Below are positions 24,098 through 37,699 of a DNA stretch of 64,000 bases, one piece after another. Positions within the stretch are counted from its first letter, which is position 1, and every line of letters begins with the position of its first letter. A program made the position numbers and the translations under genes. The notes below the pieces were generated by a model that was given only the letters and a program-made list of their open reading frames with translations, was not told where the DNA came from and made no database searches. Origin of the DNA: Felis catus (taxonomy: Eukaryota); assembly GCF_018350175.1 (NCBI RefSeq), contig NC_058368.1, positions 28,274,001-28,338,000 of the forward strand, written 5' to 3'.

Positions 24098-26595
24098 ACC
24101 ACTCAGGCTCATTCAAGCTGAGGAAACTTAGATCACACAAACATTCTTGAAACACCTACTAAGTACAGAGTGTTACGCTAAGTGGGGGAGGGGTGTTGGG
24201 AAGCACGGAATTTACACATGTAAATGAGGCTGCGTGTCTCCCTAGAAAGTCACAGTACAGACGTAGTAGGGAAGACAGGTATGTTGAAAAATAGGATGTG
24301 GGCTGCCTGTGAAATGAAGCTGCTTCAAGCTTCCAAAGTATCATATTGCAACGTGCTTGGTGGGGTGGCCAGGCTAGAAGGACCTTCAGATTCTCAAGTA
24401 TCGGTGCTTCCCTCGAGGTGACGTGAGGCAGGGGGCACTCTTCTTGAGTCGTCAGTCTCCCTGACTGGGCAGGTTGTGTGCACCTGGCTGTCAGAAGTGG
24501 GGAGGTGGGGTAAAAATGGATATGCAGCTCAGCTCGTGTCCTCGTGGGAGTTCAGGCCGGTGAGAGAGACAGCCGCACAACAAATGGCGGAGAGTAACAC
24601 GGTGTGCTGGGACACAGCTGTCGCCAGGGTCAGGGAGGTCTGGCTAACCACCAGGCGCCCAGTACCGGCGAAAGCTCCAGTGGTTCCTGGATGAGAAAGG
24701 AGATAAGGGCGGCCCGGGTGGGAGAACCGCAACTGCACGGAGGTCTGAAGGGGCAGATGCATCCTGCAAACGGTGAGCAGGCAGGTGCTCTGGGCCCTTT
24801 TAGAGCCTCTCTCTCTGCCTTCTGAGCTCTGAAGAAGAGATCAGCATCAAAGCCCTCCTTGGCCACCCCCTCTGACCTTCCCTCTCTCTCTCCCTTCTTC
24901 TCTCCCAGAGACGTTACAGGTGATCACAGTACCTTTCCACACCACCCCGGGAACCCAAGCCCTTACGTTACAACAAACCGAATGCCCAAGGGCTTGGCAA
25001 GGCACATAGGAAAATCAGTTGTACTGATGCTGTCAGCCCTCAAAAGGCCTCCTGACCATCATTCATCTCCAGAAACTTTTATCTCATGTTCTTACAGCAC
25101 CTGCCTTCAAAGGCCTGAGCGCCTCCCAGATGCCTTATGGCACCTGAACGTAGGCGGGGTTCAGCCCCCTGATCTTCCCTCACTGATGAGAAAGGGGGCC
25201 AGCAGGACACCAGACCTCCTATGCAGGCCCTTCCTGGAGCTGCCCAGTGCTCAGACCCAGAAACCCACTGCTTCTGGACTCGGTGTAGCCAGATCACAGA
25301 GGACGCCTAGGCTACAGCTTTGTTGTTACAAGACAGAATCAGAAGATAATAAAGATTCTCTAAGCTGACTTTGGCTGGGGCCTTGATTTTTCCCCCCACC
25401 CGATCCTGCCGCTCCAACGGAAAGAAAGACTGAAAAAGCACCACCTCTCTCCATCTTCCTGCATGGTATTATTTCCACGGCGTCACAGAGGAAAACACAT
25501 AAAAATTGCCCAAGCATGGGAAAATAGAAAATGACTATTGTATGATAGAAATTGGACCAGATACCTCACTAGATATCTGAGACCATGAAGAGTGTGTCTC
25601 CTTCATAAACACTGAATCAGGAAATCCACAAAGACCAAACTGACGTCATAGTTCCCTTCTGGCTAATAATCATTCCTTAACTTGACAGAAATAAACAGCA
25701 CCCAACGCCTGATGCCGAGGGAGTGTGCAACCCCCTCACTGGGAGGGCCCTGGGAGACTATGTGGGCGGCTCTATAGACCGCTTACTTTGTGCACTGATC
25801 GAGGGTGAGCAAGCATCTGCCCAGATATATGGGCGGTATTCGCCGTGGGGGACATCACAGCAAGGCTACCCTTGCTCTGTAGGGGGGCTGGGGGCCAGGG
25901 GCCGGGGGCCACGTGGATTACCCTAAACAACGCTGGCACTCGGGTCAGGGAATGACAACACGTTGGCTGTGATTCAAGCCCAGTTCGGAAACACAGCTAC
26001 GGAGAAGGGGACTCTGGCAGATCTCCCATTGTGGACTGACTGGTGGCATTCAGAAAACCACCATCACGAAGTTGTTATGGTCGTTTATTCATAATTTCCG
26101 TGGCTTGCTTGAATGGGTTATATTTGCTCCATGAGTAACACAGAAGGCACTGCCATGTTTTTACCCCAGATGTGGAATTAAATCATCCTACTCTTTCAAT
26201 TATCTATTTCCTAAGTTTGAAAACAAAAAGTGGGTTATATCTCATCGGATAATCCTGCAGCTTCTAAGGAGTCTGTAATTCTTCAGCATTTGATCTGGAC
26301 ACATTTGTAGCATCTAAGGAAATACCCAGACCAGATAATGTGAGAATCTCTAAGGACATTGATGTTTTTGTAGAGCATATTTTGCAAATCGTAAGAAAGC
26401 AAATTCAATTATTTTTTGGCCATCGGCTTACAGTAAATTAGGGAAAAAAGAATTCAAATAAAAACTAATTTGTACCCTCTGTGAGGACAAAAAACCACTC
26501 CAAACTTCAATTCCCTTGCATCTCTTAATGTACTTAACATAAAGGATTATGGACTCTCTGACTTCTTTGGTATCAACTTTTCCTACTAAATGGTT

Positions 26596-26848
26596 GAGGG
26601 CTGGGGCTGGGGCCTGAGGCTGGGGCTGAGGCTAGGGACAAGGGACTGTTGGGGTTGGGGTTGGGGACTGGGGCTGGGGGCCGGGGACCTGGAGTAGAGC
26701 TGGGGGCTGGGGGCCTGGGGTAGGGCTGGGGGCTGGGGGCCTGGGGTAGGGCTGGGGGCTGGGGGCCTGGGGTAGGGCTGGGGCTGGGAGCCTGGGGTAG
26801 GGCTGGGGGCTGGGGGCCTGGGGTAGGGCTGGGGCCAGGGGTAGGGCA
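26596..26848. repeat. G-rich minisatellite built from GGGGCT units with a ~25-26 bp higher-order unit GGGGGCCTGGGGTAGGGCTGGGGGCT
   Basis: Direct; dozens of G3-G5 runs on plus. Confidence 0.9.
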
Positions 26849-27964
26849 TGGATTGGAACTTAGCAGGGAGGCAGTTGGTTTCCTACAGCCCTTTACAAAT
26901 CTGTTGAAAAATAGGCTATTGCTTCTATTGCCAAATCTTCTTTCAAGAACCTCTGAATAATTTCTTTTTCTCCATACTGTGCAAATATATTTTTAAAATC
27001 TGCATTTCCAATAATGCACGGTAGTTTTGTTAGTTGTATGAATCAAACCCTATCAGTCAAGTGAAATAACCCTAACTCAAAATCTTTAGGGAGAAAAGGG
27101 GAACTTACTTGCTCCCATGATTGGGACATCTAGGAGGTCATGCTAGCATCAGGCACACTGGATCCCTGAAGTTCACAAGCTGCCTTCAGGATGCCAGCTC
27201 TTTTTCCCTAACTTTCAGCTCTGCCTTCCTCCCTCCCAGCTTCATTTTTGGCAAGCTCTATCCACATGTAAAGATAGACTCCTACAACCCCAGGTCTTTA
27301 TGATTTTTTAGCCCTCCGATCTCAGGAATAAAACTGGCCTGAGAGACACAGTGGGGACTCCAGAAATGTGATGAGGTCATTCTCTCTCTGTACCCACCCC
27401 CAGTAATCTCAGCTCTGCAGGTCTCTGTATGTCAGCCTCACTCTCCTGCTGTCAGTTGCACTTCCCCCCAGGCGCAGAGAGAAGGGGCACGCGGGGTCAT
27501 AGATAGCTTCAATCTTGCATCATCCCCGCTCAGCAACTCTGGGGAAAAGACAGAGATTATCATTTCCATGTCCATGTAAAATCCCCGGAGAGGTTCCTGA
27601 TTGCTTTGACTCAAGTACTACACCAACAGCCCATTACCTTGGCCTGGGGGTAGAATACCATGATTGCCAGACCTGAGTCCTGTACCCACGACTGTAGTTG
27701 GGGCGAGGGATGGTTAACTGCAGTTAGCAACCCCATCAAATTCGAATGCATCCCCCTCCCCACCCCAAAAGGATTTGCACTGCTCTTTGGGAAGTGACCC
27801 AAACTTTTCACAGTCCCATCTCAGTTACCCACACCCAAGTGCAACCTTCAAGTGCTGGCAGCCTCCTGCAGCTCTGGCTGCCATGGACAATGCAGCTGTA
27901 AACCTGTGGCCTGGCCTCTCTTTTACACTGAGGAGTGCAAAACATTTGCTTAAATAAGCAAGTA

Positions 27965-28455
27965 TGGTATTAGCTTACTATTGCTGCTCTGCAAATTACC
28001 GTAAACTTAGTGACTGAAAATAATAGAATCTTCTTATCTTAGAGTTCTGGAAGCCTGAAGTCCAAAATGGGCTCCACTGGGCAGAAACAAAGATACAGTC
28101 AGGGCCACACTCCCTCCAGAGGCTCTAGAAGAGAGTGCGTTCCTTTGTCTTTCCCGGCTTCTAGTGCTGCAGTCCTTGCCCACGGCACCTTCCTCCACCT
28201 TCAAAGCCAGATCATAGCATGTTCAAACCTGTCTCTGCTGCCGTCATCACATTGCCTTCTGCTTTTTGTGCCAAATCCCTCTCTGCCTCCCTCTACTGAT
28301 TACAGTTAGGGCTCATCCAGATAATCGGGGATAATCTCCCCATTTCAAGATCTTTAACCTTATCAGCAAAATCCCTCGTACCATATAAGGTAACAATCAC
28401 AGGTTTGAGGGATTCGGACCTGGATATCTTTGGGACCATTATTCAGTTTACCACC
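27965..28455 (-). mobile_element. MaLR solo LTR (MLT1C/D-like)
   Basis: gtattagcttactattgctgc...agttctggaagcctgaagtccaaaatggg...ccatataaggtaacaatcacagg. Confidence 0.8.
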
Positions 28456-28459
28456 AAGG

Positions 28460-29570
28460 TGTTAGAGGTAGAATAAGCATTTTGAAGAAGAAGGCAGGTC
28501 CTTACGGCTGCAAGGCCAGTGAGATGGAAGGGTAGAGAAAGGGGAAGGGTGGCTGAGGTGAGGCCAGAAGAGCAAGCAAGAAACGGACCTTCCAGAGCCT
28601 GTGCCCTGAGGAAGATTTGGTTCTTTTTCCTAGTGCATTGTAAACCCATTTTGGGTGGGAAAGAGGAATGCATTTCCATTTTTTTTAAATATTTATTAAT
28701 TTTTGAGACAGAAAGAGAGGTTGAGCAGGGGAGGGGCTGAGAAAGAGGGAGACAGAGAATCCAAAGCACACTCTACCCTGTCAGCGCAGAGCCCGAGGAA
28801 CCCATGAACTGTGAGATCATGACCTGAGCTGAAGTTGGTGTCTCTACTGACTGAGCCACCCAGGAGGCCCTATGTTTGCATTTCATAAGAGATCACTCCT
28901 TCAGTAGTGTGGAAGGAGCCTGGAGGAGGAGGGCCAGGGAAGACGAAGGAAGACCAAGTTAGGAAGCCAACACGGCAGTCTCAGTGAGAGGTGGTGACGG
29001 CTTGCATGGCGACAGGGCAGTAGAAATGGAAAGAGGGAGACAGGAGAACAAATTAGTGAGAACGCTGGTAAGACTTGGTAATGAATCTAGAGGAAGAGTG
29101 CCAGAGAGGGCAGTATAAAAGATAATTCCTGGACTTCTGGCTTACATAAATAATGGGCATTCAGGACAACTAGAAGAAAACCAGGAGGGGATATTGGGAG
29201 AAGAGTGGTCAACATGCGCTTAGCTTGGAACCTAAATTCATGGTGCCCTGGGGAGCTGAAGAACTGAATTTAGAACCCATCAGTATAGAAGTAGCCACTG
29301 AAGCCCTTGTCTTAGAGGTGATGCACTGGAAGGAAGAAGGAATGAAAAGAGAGGGTGTGGAGGATCTAGCCTGAAGAAATACCAACACTTAATGGCTGGA
29401 TACAAAGGGGAAATTTTTCAAAAGAGGCTGAAAAGGAATAGCCACAAAGAGAGGGTTGCCTTACAAAAGCCTGGGAAGAGTCTGTTTCAAGAAGGAAGTG
29501 CTCGGCAGGGTCAAATGGTGGGAAGCAATTCAGTAGGATGAGGACTAAAAACCACCCATAGGATGTAAAT
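28460..29570 (-). mobile_element. L2 fragment interrupted by a SINE
   Basis: gatcactccttcagtagtgtggaagg...gagaccaagttaggaagc...gtgctcggcagggtcaaatggtg. Confidence 0.6.
28679..28871 (-). mobile_element. CAN-SINE
   Basis: atgaactgtgagatcatgacctgagctgaagttgg...ctgagccacccagg. Confidence 0.9.
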
Positions 29571-29618
29571 GCAGCATCTAAGTACGGTACATTTACAACC
29601 TCCTCATCACTACCAATT

Positions 29619-29619
<1 letters not shown>

Positions 29620-29654
<35 letters not shown>
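29620..29654. repeat. (CA)n microsatellite
   Basis: Direct. Confidence 0.95.
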
Positions 29655-29656
<2 letters not shown>

Positions 29657-29744
29657 ACAGCAACTTGCACGTAGCATGTATTCACTAAATATTGATACAC
29701 CCATCACCTTAATAATCTGCACTGCATCATGGGAGGTGTAGGGG

Positions 29745-29900
29745 AAAGAGTGTGACTTTAAATCCCAGACCATCCACTTGCCAACTGTAGTGTTTGGAAC
29801 AAGTCCTCTCTGAGTCTTAATCTCCTCACCAGTAAAATGCATCTGGTAATGATGAGTTTAGCAGGGACCCAAGAAATGATGACTCTACATAGCACTTTAT
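29745..29900 (+). mobile_element. MIR
   Basis: aaatcccagaccatccacttgccaactgtag...ctctgagtcttaatctcctcaccagtaaaatg. Confidence 0.65.
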
Positions 29901-32749
29901 TCCTCAAGGTGTTCTCTTGTGAATAATACTGTTTGATCTCAAGCACAACCCAATGATTTTGGCAAATAATAGGCTAGCGAGGTATCCAAGGACCCAGCTC
30001 TGGCCAGTTGCCAAACCAAATGCCAGTCTAGTGCTCTTGGAAGGAAAATGCTCTCAGGATCTCAGAGTTGTTGCTGTTTACCCTTATAGACGGATGGGTC
30101 AACAGTCATTCCTGGGCACCTGACATGACAGATTCTGAGTGTGGGGCTAGAGATATAAAGATGAGGGAGATATAGTTCCTGCCCTCTAGGGAGTCACGGT
30201 CCCAGGAAGGAGACAGGTACTATAAATAGATAACTATAATATCACATGACAAACTCTCCAATGGGGAGCCTTAAGGACAAAGCACCGTGGGAACACAGTG
30301 GAAGGAAAAGTGAACTCTGGAACATAGGGGAAGGAAAAGAGAAACCTGAAAAGCCTTGGTAAGTAAGAAAAAGGCTTTAAAAATATCCCGACTTAAGCTA
30401 TGATTTTCTTTTCCTTTCATTAGAAATCATAGAATTTCAGAGCCAGAACAGACCTTTTCAATTATCACCTTCTTACACCAAAGATGGCAAATTTGAAGAC
30501 CAGAGAGGTGAGGTAACATCCCAAGGACAAGAGTGGGAAAAATATCCCAATGGATATGGATTGGGACAGGAGTCCCAATGTCCAGTCCAAAGTTCTTCAA
30601 GCACGGCTGAAAGTCAGGAATGGAGTCAGCTAGCACAAAGGGCTCTCCTGAGCACTCAGATGGGCTGGCCAGGGGGTTCGGGCAGGAATGGACTGCCGTA
30701 ATCTGAAAGAGCCCCTCAAATCATGAAGTCCAGACCCTGGAGGCATTGTTGGGCATTCACTGGAAGGTAGTTAAGAGACAAACAGTGGTTTCTCCCTTCC
30801 AGTAGGTTATATAGCTGGCATTAGAAAAAAATGGAAAAAACAGCAGAACAGAGAGTCTTCATAGAACCCTTAGTAACACTGGGACAAGGGCATGCTGGGA
30901 ATAGGGAGAAAATGGCTACTTACTCTGTATAGATTGGAGGAGGAACTATTGCAAAGTTTCCACATTAAAAAAACAAGACTGAAGCCCCATAATTTCTAGC
31001 ATATTTGATACAGTAAATTCAGACAATGAAGTACTAAAATATTAACCTCAATAATCCAGACCCATTTAAGGAATGACAGAAAATTAGAAAATCGGACGTG
31101 GAAAAACAAAATAAAATCAATCATTTCAAGTAGACGAACAGATTGTTGTCAAGTAAAGCCTTTGGAAGTTAAATAAAAAGAGTAGATAGATCAGTAATGT
31201 CAGATACCACACACTGTTTGTTTGTGAACAGACACCTGTACCAAAACTTGATGATACTTTAGAAGTTTGTTTCCTGAAAATTTAACCGAAGTCTTTCACT
31301 TTGTAAACCCTGTCTTTATAGATAGTAAAAAACATAAGCTTCTATCAGCCCCTTTTGGAACTGTGAATTCCATGTGGAGCTCAAATAAATTAATTTGGAA
31401 AGTCCCTTGAATTCTTTGGAAAGGAATCAGACCTGTGGGTCGCTTCTCTGAGTCTCGCTATGGCCACTGTCAATATTTTATAGTGATGCTTTCTTAAACA
31501 ACTTGAACAAGGAGGGAACAGTCTAATCCAAGATAGTTAATGTAGTGATAAGCAAACAGATCTGTCTGAAGACAGCATTTTTTAAAGTAAGAGTATATGG
31601 TTAAGAAGACTAAATACAGTGAGGTTTCATTTATCCAGCATTGCTAAGTGATGAGTTTGACTGTATACGTGCATTTTCCAAATAACAGCTGATTTCCCCT
31701 TGATGAAGATTATTTTAATATGTGCTAAACACTTCCCCACTGGATTACATGAGCCAGTCTATTATGTCTTTCCTAAGCCCTTGTGTTAACATTTGCAGTA
31801 GTAAAATGTGTTCACAGGGTTGTGGAGTCCCTAGGGTTTCCACTGTGGACCCAACTGCAACACTTTCTTAATTCTTATGTGGCCCTCTTCACTGCTTGGC
31901 CCCTCTTCTCACAATTGTTGGTATGCCTTCCTCCCGCGGTCTTTTCCCCCTTTTAATTTGATACATTTAACAGTATGTCCTATTATTTCCCGTTTTCAAT
32001 TATGAAAATAACACAGGCTTAGTCCATAAAACTTAAAAAGCCATGAACATAATTTCAAGTTAATGGAAAATTTTAAAATATTCACCTGCTCATACACAGA
32101 TGTTCCTTTCTTGTCTTCTTTTTTAAAACTCATGGATCTGTTTTAAAGTATATTCAGAAAGCACCAGATGCCATAATGACTGATAAAAGGCGTAATCTGT
32201 TTTTTTGCGCTTAATATAACAAATTTTTTGTTATATATATATTTAAAATTTTTTCAAAAGAGAGATTTTTTTCACTAACAACAATTCTCCTTGTACCTCA
32301 CACATGGGCAATCTCTGGTTTTTCTATACCACCTTGAGGATGGATGCAATACTTCATATCACATCCCCAAAGTAACTCCACCTCACAAAGCACAAGTGGC
32401 AAATACAGATTGCACTGAAGAGTTTATGGAAAGAAGGGAAGAATTTACTTCCAAAATTAAAATTTGATACTATCCACCAAGATGAAATGTATTACAATAA
32501 TCATGGGTACATTGTTTGTAACGGGAAGGAGATATAATATTCCACTGGATTTATATATAAAAGACGAAATACTATGTTGTCATTTAAAATAGTCATATAG
32601 TCCATGTTGCAGATATGAAATGATTGCTAAGATATGTTATAAAGTAGAACTGTAAGGTGCAAAATGATTCATAGTAGTATGTATGTATAAGGACACATGC
32701 ACATATACATATTTCAGATTCAGAGGAAAGAAGGCACATTTATTTAGAT

Positions 32750-32940
32750 TTATATACAAATATATACATATATATTTATATATATAATTTATATATTATA
32801 TATTTTTTATTTTATTTTATTATATGTTATAATACTTTATTATTATATATTATATACTTTATATATCATATATTTTTTATTTTATATATAATATATAAAT
32901 TTAAATTTTATAATATATAATATATAACATATAATATACA
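32750..32940. repeat. AT-rich/(TA)n low-complexity tract
   Basis: Direct. Confidence 0.9.
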
Positions 32941-33139
32941 AATCTAGAAACTCCATCTGATTCTGGAAGGACACACAAGAAATGTCACAGTGAAGGCCTC
33001 ATGCTGGGGAGGCGCTGGATGACTGGGGATGGGAGAGTTTCAATTACTGTTCGCTCTCTATTTGTTGCTTTGCTGTGTGTATGTATTGTTCTTTTCAGTT
33101 CTTTCAACACCAATGTGAATAATTCATTTAGTTTTTAAA

Positions 33140-33390
33140 ACACAATAACAATAGCAAAAACTTATTATGTACTCTGTGCCAGGCAATAAAGGCTTTTACA
33201 TGTATAATTTCATTTATTCCTCACGATAACCCTGAAAAATACCTACTATTATTATCTCCATTCTACAGAAAAAGAAACTAAGCAGCAGGAGAGTCAAGTA
33301 CTTTGCCCATCGTCCAATGTCTGGGAGGCAGCAGAGCTTGGTTCAAACCCAGGCAGGGTAGCCCACAGGCCTGCATTCTTAAGCCCCTAA
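33140..33390 (-). mobile_element. MIR
   Basis: tgtgccaggc...tcatttattcctcacgataaccctg...ccattctacagaaaaagaaactaag...ggttcaaacccaggcag. Confidence 0.8.
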
Positions 33391-34549
33391 ACATACAGGC
33401 TATGAGCACAAGACAAAAATAAAAGGCATAAAGTCATTTACAAAGTCAAAACAGATTTACACAAATAAATTATTCATTTTCGGGGAAAAAAAGTTCCACA
33501 CAGGTTTAAGGATACCTGTGCGTATTGTTTCTTATATCTTCTACAAAGCTCAGAACTGGAAGTGACAGAGCACTGGTGAGAATAGTTGCCTTCCCCCTGC
33601 AGAGAATTATGCCCAATATCTTTAATGTATGTATAAAGTGCATTTTATGCCGTTACCACAGAATAATAGAAAACACTCTTCTAACGTGGAAGCCCCGAAC
33701 AGTGTCACTCCTACGTCCCCTCTCTTTCCTCTTCCCACATTTAGCTCCAAGTGCTGCCTGGTCATCTGAGGGACCCTGAGGATATGCCCTACTCCTGCGC
33801 TCTGCCGTCCCCGAGCCATTCTTACAACTGTATATTCCTGCCAGCCACAGGCCTACCTATCTTCAAGGTCACAATCAAATCCACCTGCCGTAAGACTCTC
33901 CTGATCATCACCTTGAAAGCCCACCTCTCCTTCCTTTGGCGCTTTCCTAACACTCCACTCAATAGAAATACAAGCAGACATAAATAATGCAAAAGAAATG
34001 TAAATTATGAAAAAAATGTATCCACCTGCCCCTTGCAGCATGGGTCTCTGGAGAGCAAGAACTAAATCTTTCCATTATTTACACTGCCACCCTCACACTG
34101 TCTGGCACAATATTTGACTAATTATTCAGTGAACGTTTGCAAGAAATGGAACACGGGGAATGGCATGAGTCATCAAGAAAAACCAGGCAGATGGAAACAC
34201 CGGGTGTATGCTGGGTCACCACTGGGCTCTGGGATGTTCGTTATCCTTGCTCTCTCCAAGGAGATGAAGGTGCCCTTCTCATGAGAAGCATGCACTTCCT
34301 GCCAAAGGAAGTGCATGCTTTGAAAGAAACAGGGCACATGCATCCTGCTTTAGGGATGCCTGTGTCATGCTGGTCCCCAAACTACATACAGCTGGGAATC
34401 CTCAAGACTACTGAAGAATTGCTAATGGAGTCAGAGGAGCCTCCATTCACACTCACTCTCCCAACCTCACTCCCCGTTTGTGTGTGGTGTGCGTTAGGCT
34501 GCAAAGGTAGTAGCAACATACACATCAACTTCCAAATCACCAAGAGGGC

Positions 34550-34588
34550 TTATTGCTGTTTGGGAGAGAGTTGGGGGGGGGGGGGGCA

Positions 34589-34627
<39 letters not shown>

Positions 34628-34796
34628 AAGCCAGGGGGAGGGGCTGGGGAAGGGCAGAGGGAGAGAGAGAGAGAATCCCAAGCAGGCTCCCTGCTCAGCA
34701 TGGAGCCAACACAGAACTCGATCCCACGACCCCGGGATCATGACCTGAGCCAAAATCAAAAGTTGGACGCTTAACCAACTGAGCCACCCAGGCGCC
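34550..34796 (-). mobile_element. CAN-SINE with (GT)n and a G run in its tail region
   Basis: gagaatcccaagcaggctcc...gatcatgacctgagcc...gagccacccaggcgcc; (GT)n at 34592-34626. Confidence 0.88.
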
Positions 34797-37699
34797 AGTT
34801 TTTGTTATTTTAAATCTTGTGTGTACTTGGCTTGGGAGAAGGTTAAGGCTCTAGAGTCAATGGAGGCTACCCACACCCAAACAAGAAGAGAGACTGCCCT
34901 CTTTGCAGGAGGAGGCAGAATGCTGAGGTGAGAGGTAGAAGGGGATAATGGACAAAGGGCCAAGAGGAAAGGGAACTTCTGAGAGCCCGTGCAAGGTCGG
35001 CTTCCCTTGTCCAAAGGTAACCCAAGAGGAGCCCCAGAGACATGCCTGCACCACCCTCTGCCTGTGGGTGTGCTCCCATTTGGCCGTGAGGGGGAAGGGC
35101 CCCCCTTTTGATGAGGAACCAAGCCAACCCGTGAGTTGTGGCAATCATTGCAGGTTGGGACCCAGTAGCCAGGTCTCAGCATTTCAAGGTTTAAAACGCC
35201 AGGCTTCACTGAAGACTAGAAACTGCTTTCATGTTTGGTAGCGTTCTAGACGCTAACAATTTAGGAGGAAGAAATGGATGAGGGGGTAGCGTGGAATCGC
35301 ACTGTGACCTCCCAGAGGAAGGGAATGAAGGAGGTGACCGCAAGGTCAGCGCTGGGTGGCCGCAAGCCCAGCTGAGCATCCGCAGGGAACACACAGGAAA
35401 GTACCTTCTCAGTGGGGGACAGGCCTGGAGAGGAACTGGCCGGAGGGAAGGGAGGGCAGCACAGTGCAGCCTGGGGCCAGAAGAGAGGGCCCAGGAAAGA
35501 GGTGGGGAGGCCGCTCCAGGGCAGAAACCCTGGGTCGCCATCCTAAAGACAAGACCCGTAGCTCCACCTAGCGCTTTGCAAATCCAAAAAGACGCACAAA
35601 GATCTTTTTTTTTTTATCTTTATTTGTGTTCACGCCCCCGTGAGAGTCGCATCCGGGTCGTAATGCGATTGTTGGTTTATTTGCGTGGATTCTGCTGTCT
35701 ATCAACGTGCAATCATCGTTGCACACCTTTAGGAGTTTTATGAGTTTGAAGGAGAAAAACAAGGAAACCCTCATCAGCAGTTTCCTCAGCTGTACAACGA
35801 GGCGGTGCGTCTACCTCAGAATGTCGTTATGAAAATGTCATTGAGTTGAGTGGGAGGATTTTTCTCAACTAGACACCATTCAACAGATGTAAGTCGCCTT
35901 ACTGCCGTGGTCCACGTCACCTTTATCATCGGGATTCCAGACCTGGAGTGGAAGCTCAAAGGAAAGCTACCCACCCACCCATCCCAAGACACAGATAGTT
36001 ACACAGATTGTCGGAGTTGCTGGAGTTAGGGGTTGTTGGAGTCGTCGAAGTATGTTGGCACACCCTTGCATTCGATTATTTCAGATGCAGTTCTTTTTTC
36101 CTCTTGACTTCAGGAGCGAAATTACAAATTCCTCCCAGGTGGCAGCAAGAGAATTAAAAGCAGAGCCCATCTGCACTCTTGCCTCAAATGGAAAAAAAAC
36201 AAAAAAAAAAAACAAAAAAAACCAGACAGCAATCCCATTTCAAATGAATCTCCGCCATAAACTCAAGCCCAGCAACAGATGGGGAAAAGCCCTGAGAGAC
36301 AATATACAACATCCCCGATCCCCAATAAAGATAATCAATAGTGGCTTAAGCGCTAAAAACCACAAGTGCTTCCAGAATGGCGTTGAGCGTGCCAAGAATC
36401 GTACCTGGAGGACAGCTCCTGCTGACAGGGTAGCCTGCCAGAGGGAGATTACCTGGAGGCAGTCCTTACAAGTCCTCAGCAGAACTGAGGGAGGACGTGT
36501 ACGGGGGGGGGGGGGGGGGGGGGGGGATAAGGGGAGGGACATTTGGGTAAAGAGGAGGAAGAATAATCCAAATGGATAATATGGGGGGTGTACATGATAA
36601 TAAGCAAGCGATTCCTGACATCAGACACTCAGCAGTTTAAAAATGCCATAATGTCAAGGAAGACATGCAATTTGTTGTTACCACGGATTAGAAACACTAC
36701 TAGAAGCATTTTGCAAAGGTGAACAGATGTTCAGCCACAGCAGAGGAGCCAAGGCAAATCTAGAAACCAAGGAAGAGCCAAGAAAAGCAGGAGCCAGTTA
36801 CCTTCATGGCAGGATGGTTCTGTGTGCTGTTGTGTTTTGTCTTCACTGTAGAATGTTAAGAATTTGATGTGTCTATACAGCATGCCCTTCCCACAGTGAC
36901 AGGCTTTTAATCTAATCCAGTTAGAAAGGGTGGATGGCAGTGACCAAGGTAGTTGGAAGAAATGTTTCCCCATGTGTGTGCAAGTCTTCATGGACACACA
37001 CACACACACACACACCCCACATCTGCATACACACAGACACGCACTCAATACCCTATGCGAACACAAAGTCAATTCTTTCTCATTTCCATAGCACGAGCTT
37101 ACCCACAGCCCAGTTTTTCCCTCACACAACCCCTCTCTGAAGAACACCTCTACCCTACTCCACAGCCAGCCCCCTGTGTTTGTTGTCCAAGGTCTTTTCT
37201 GACCGTCTCTCTCATGGAAGTCACCAGAAAGTCCCAGCAAGCAGCTGAGACGGCTCCAGATCCTCTGACAGGGACGGGACGAGCTCAGGGCACCCAGCAT
37301 CATACCTGTGGCCCAGGAGCCCTGCAGCTCCCAGGAAAATGCTTCATTGATGACTCTCCTCAGATGAGTCCTGGTCTCTTGACTGGGTTTGAATAACTGC
37401 CTTTTTGTGCATGCCCTGGCTATAGATGTTACAGAATAAACTGAAGAGACTTTGAAGACACAAGTTATTCTATGAGGTGTTTTTTTTTTTTAATGGCTTT
37501 GTCCCCTATCCACCAATAAGCAGGCCAGTTGGAAATTTCTGGTTTTGATGGATGAGAACAGTAAATATTGAATTTTAGCATGTGTTGGAGCCTGTTGAAA
37601 ATGTGGATTCTTGGAGCATCTTTCAGTGGAAGAAGGCCCCAGAGTGCTGAAAGAACCCCGCAACAATGGGGATATATCAAAGGGATATGGGAGTCAACT

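Noticed and set aside
25641..25648. Full CRE palindrome TGACGTCA
   Set aside because: A single 8-mer with no CpG island or promoter context cannot be distinguished from chance.
26586..26849. Pro-rich ORF
   Set aside because: Translation of the G-rich minisatellite.
34137..37396. Several 150-200 aa ORFs
   Set aside because: They run through SINEs, microsatellites and homopolymers, with no domain resemblance or coherent splice structure.
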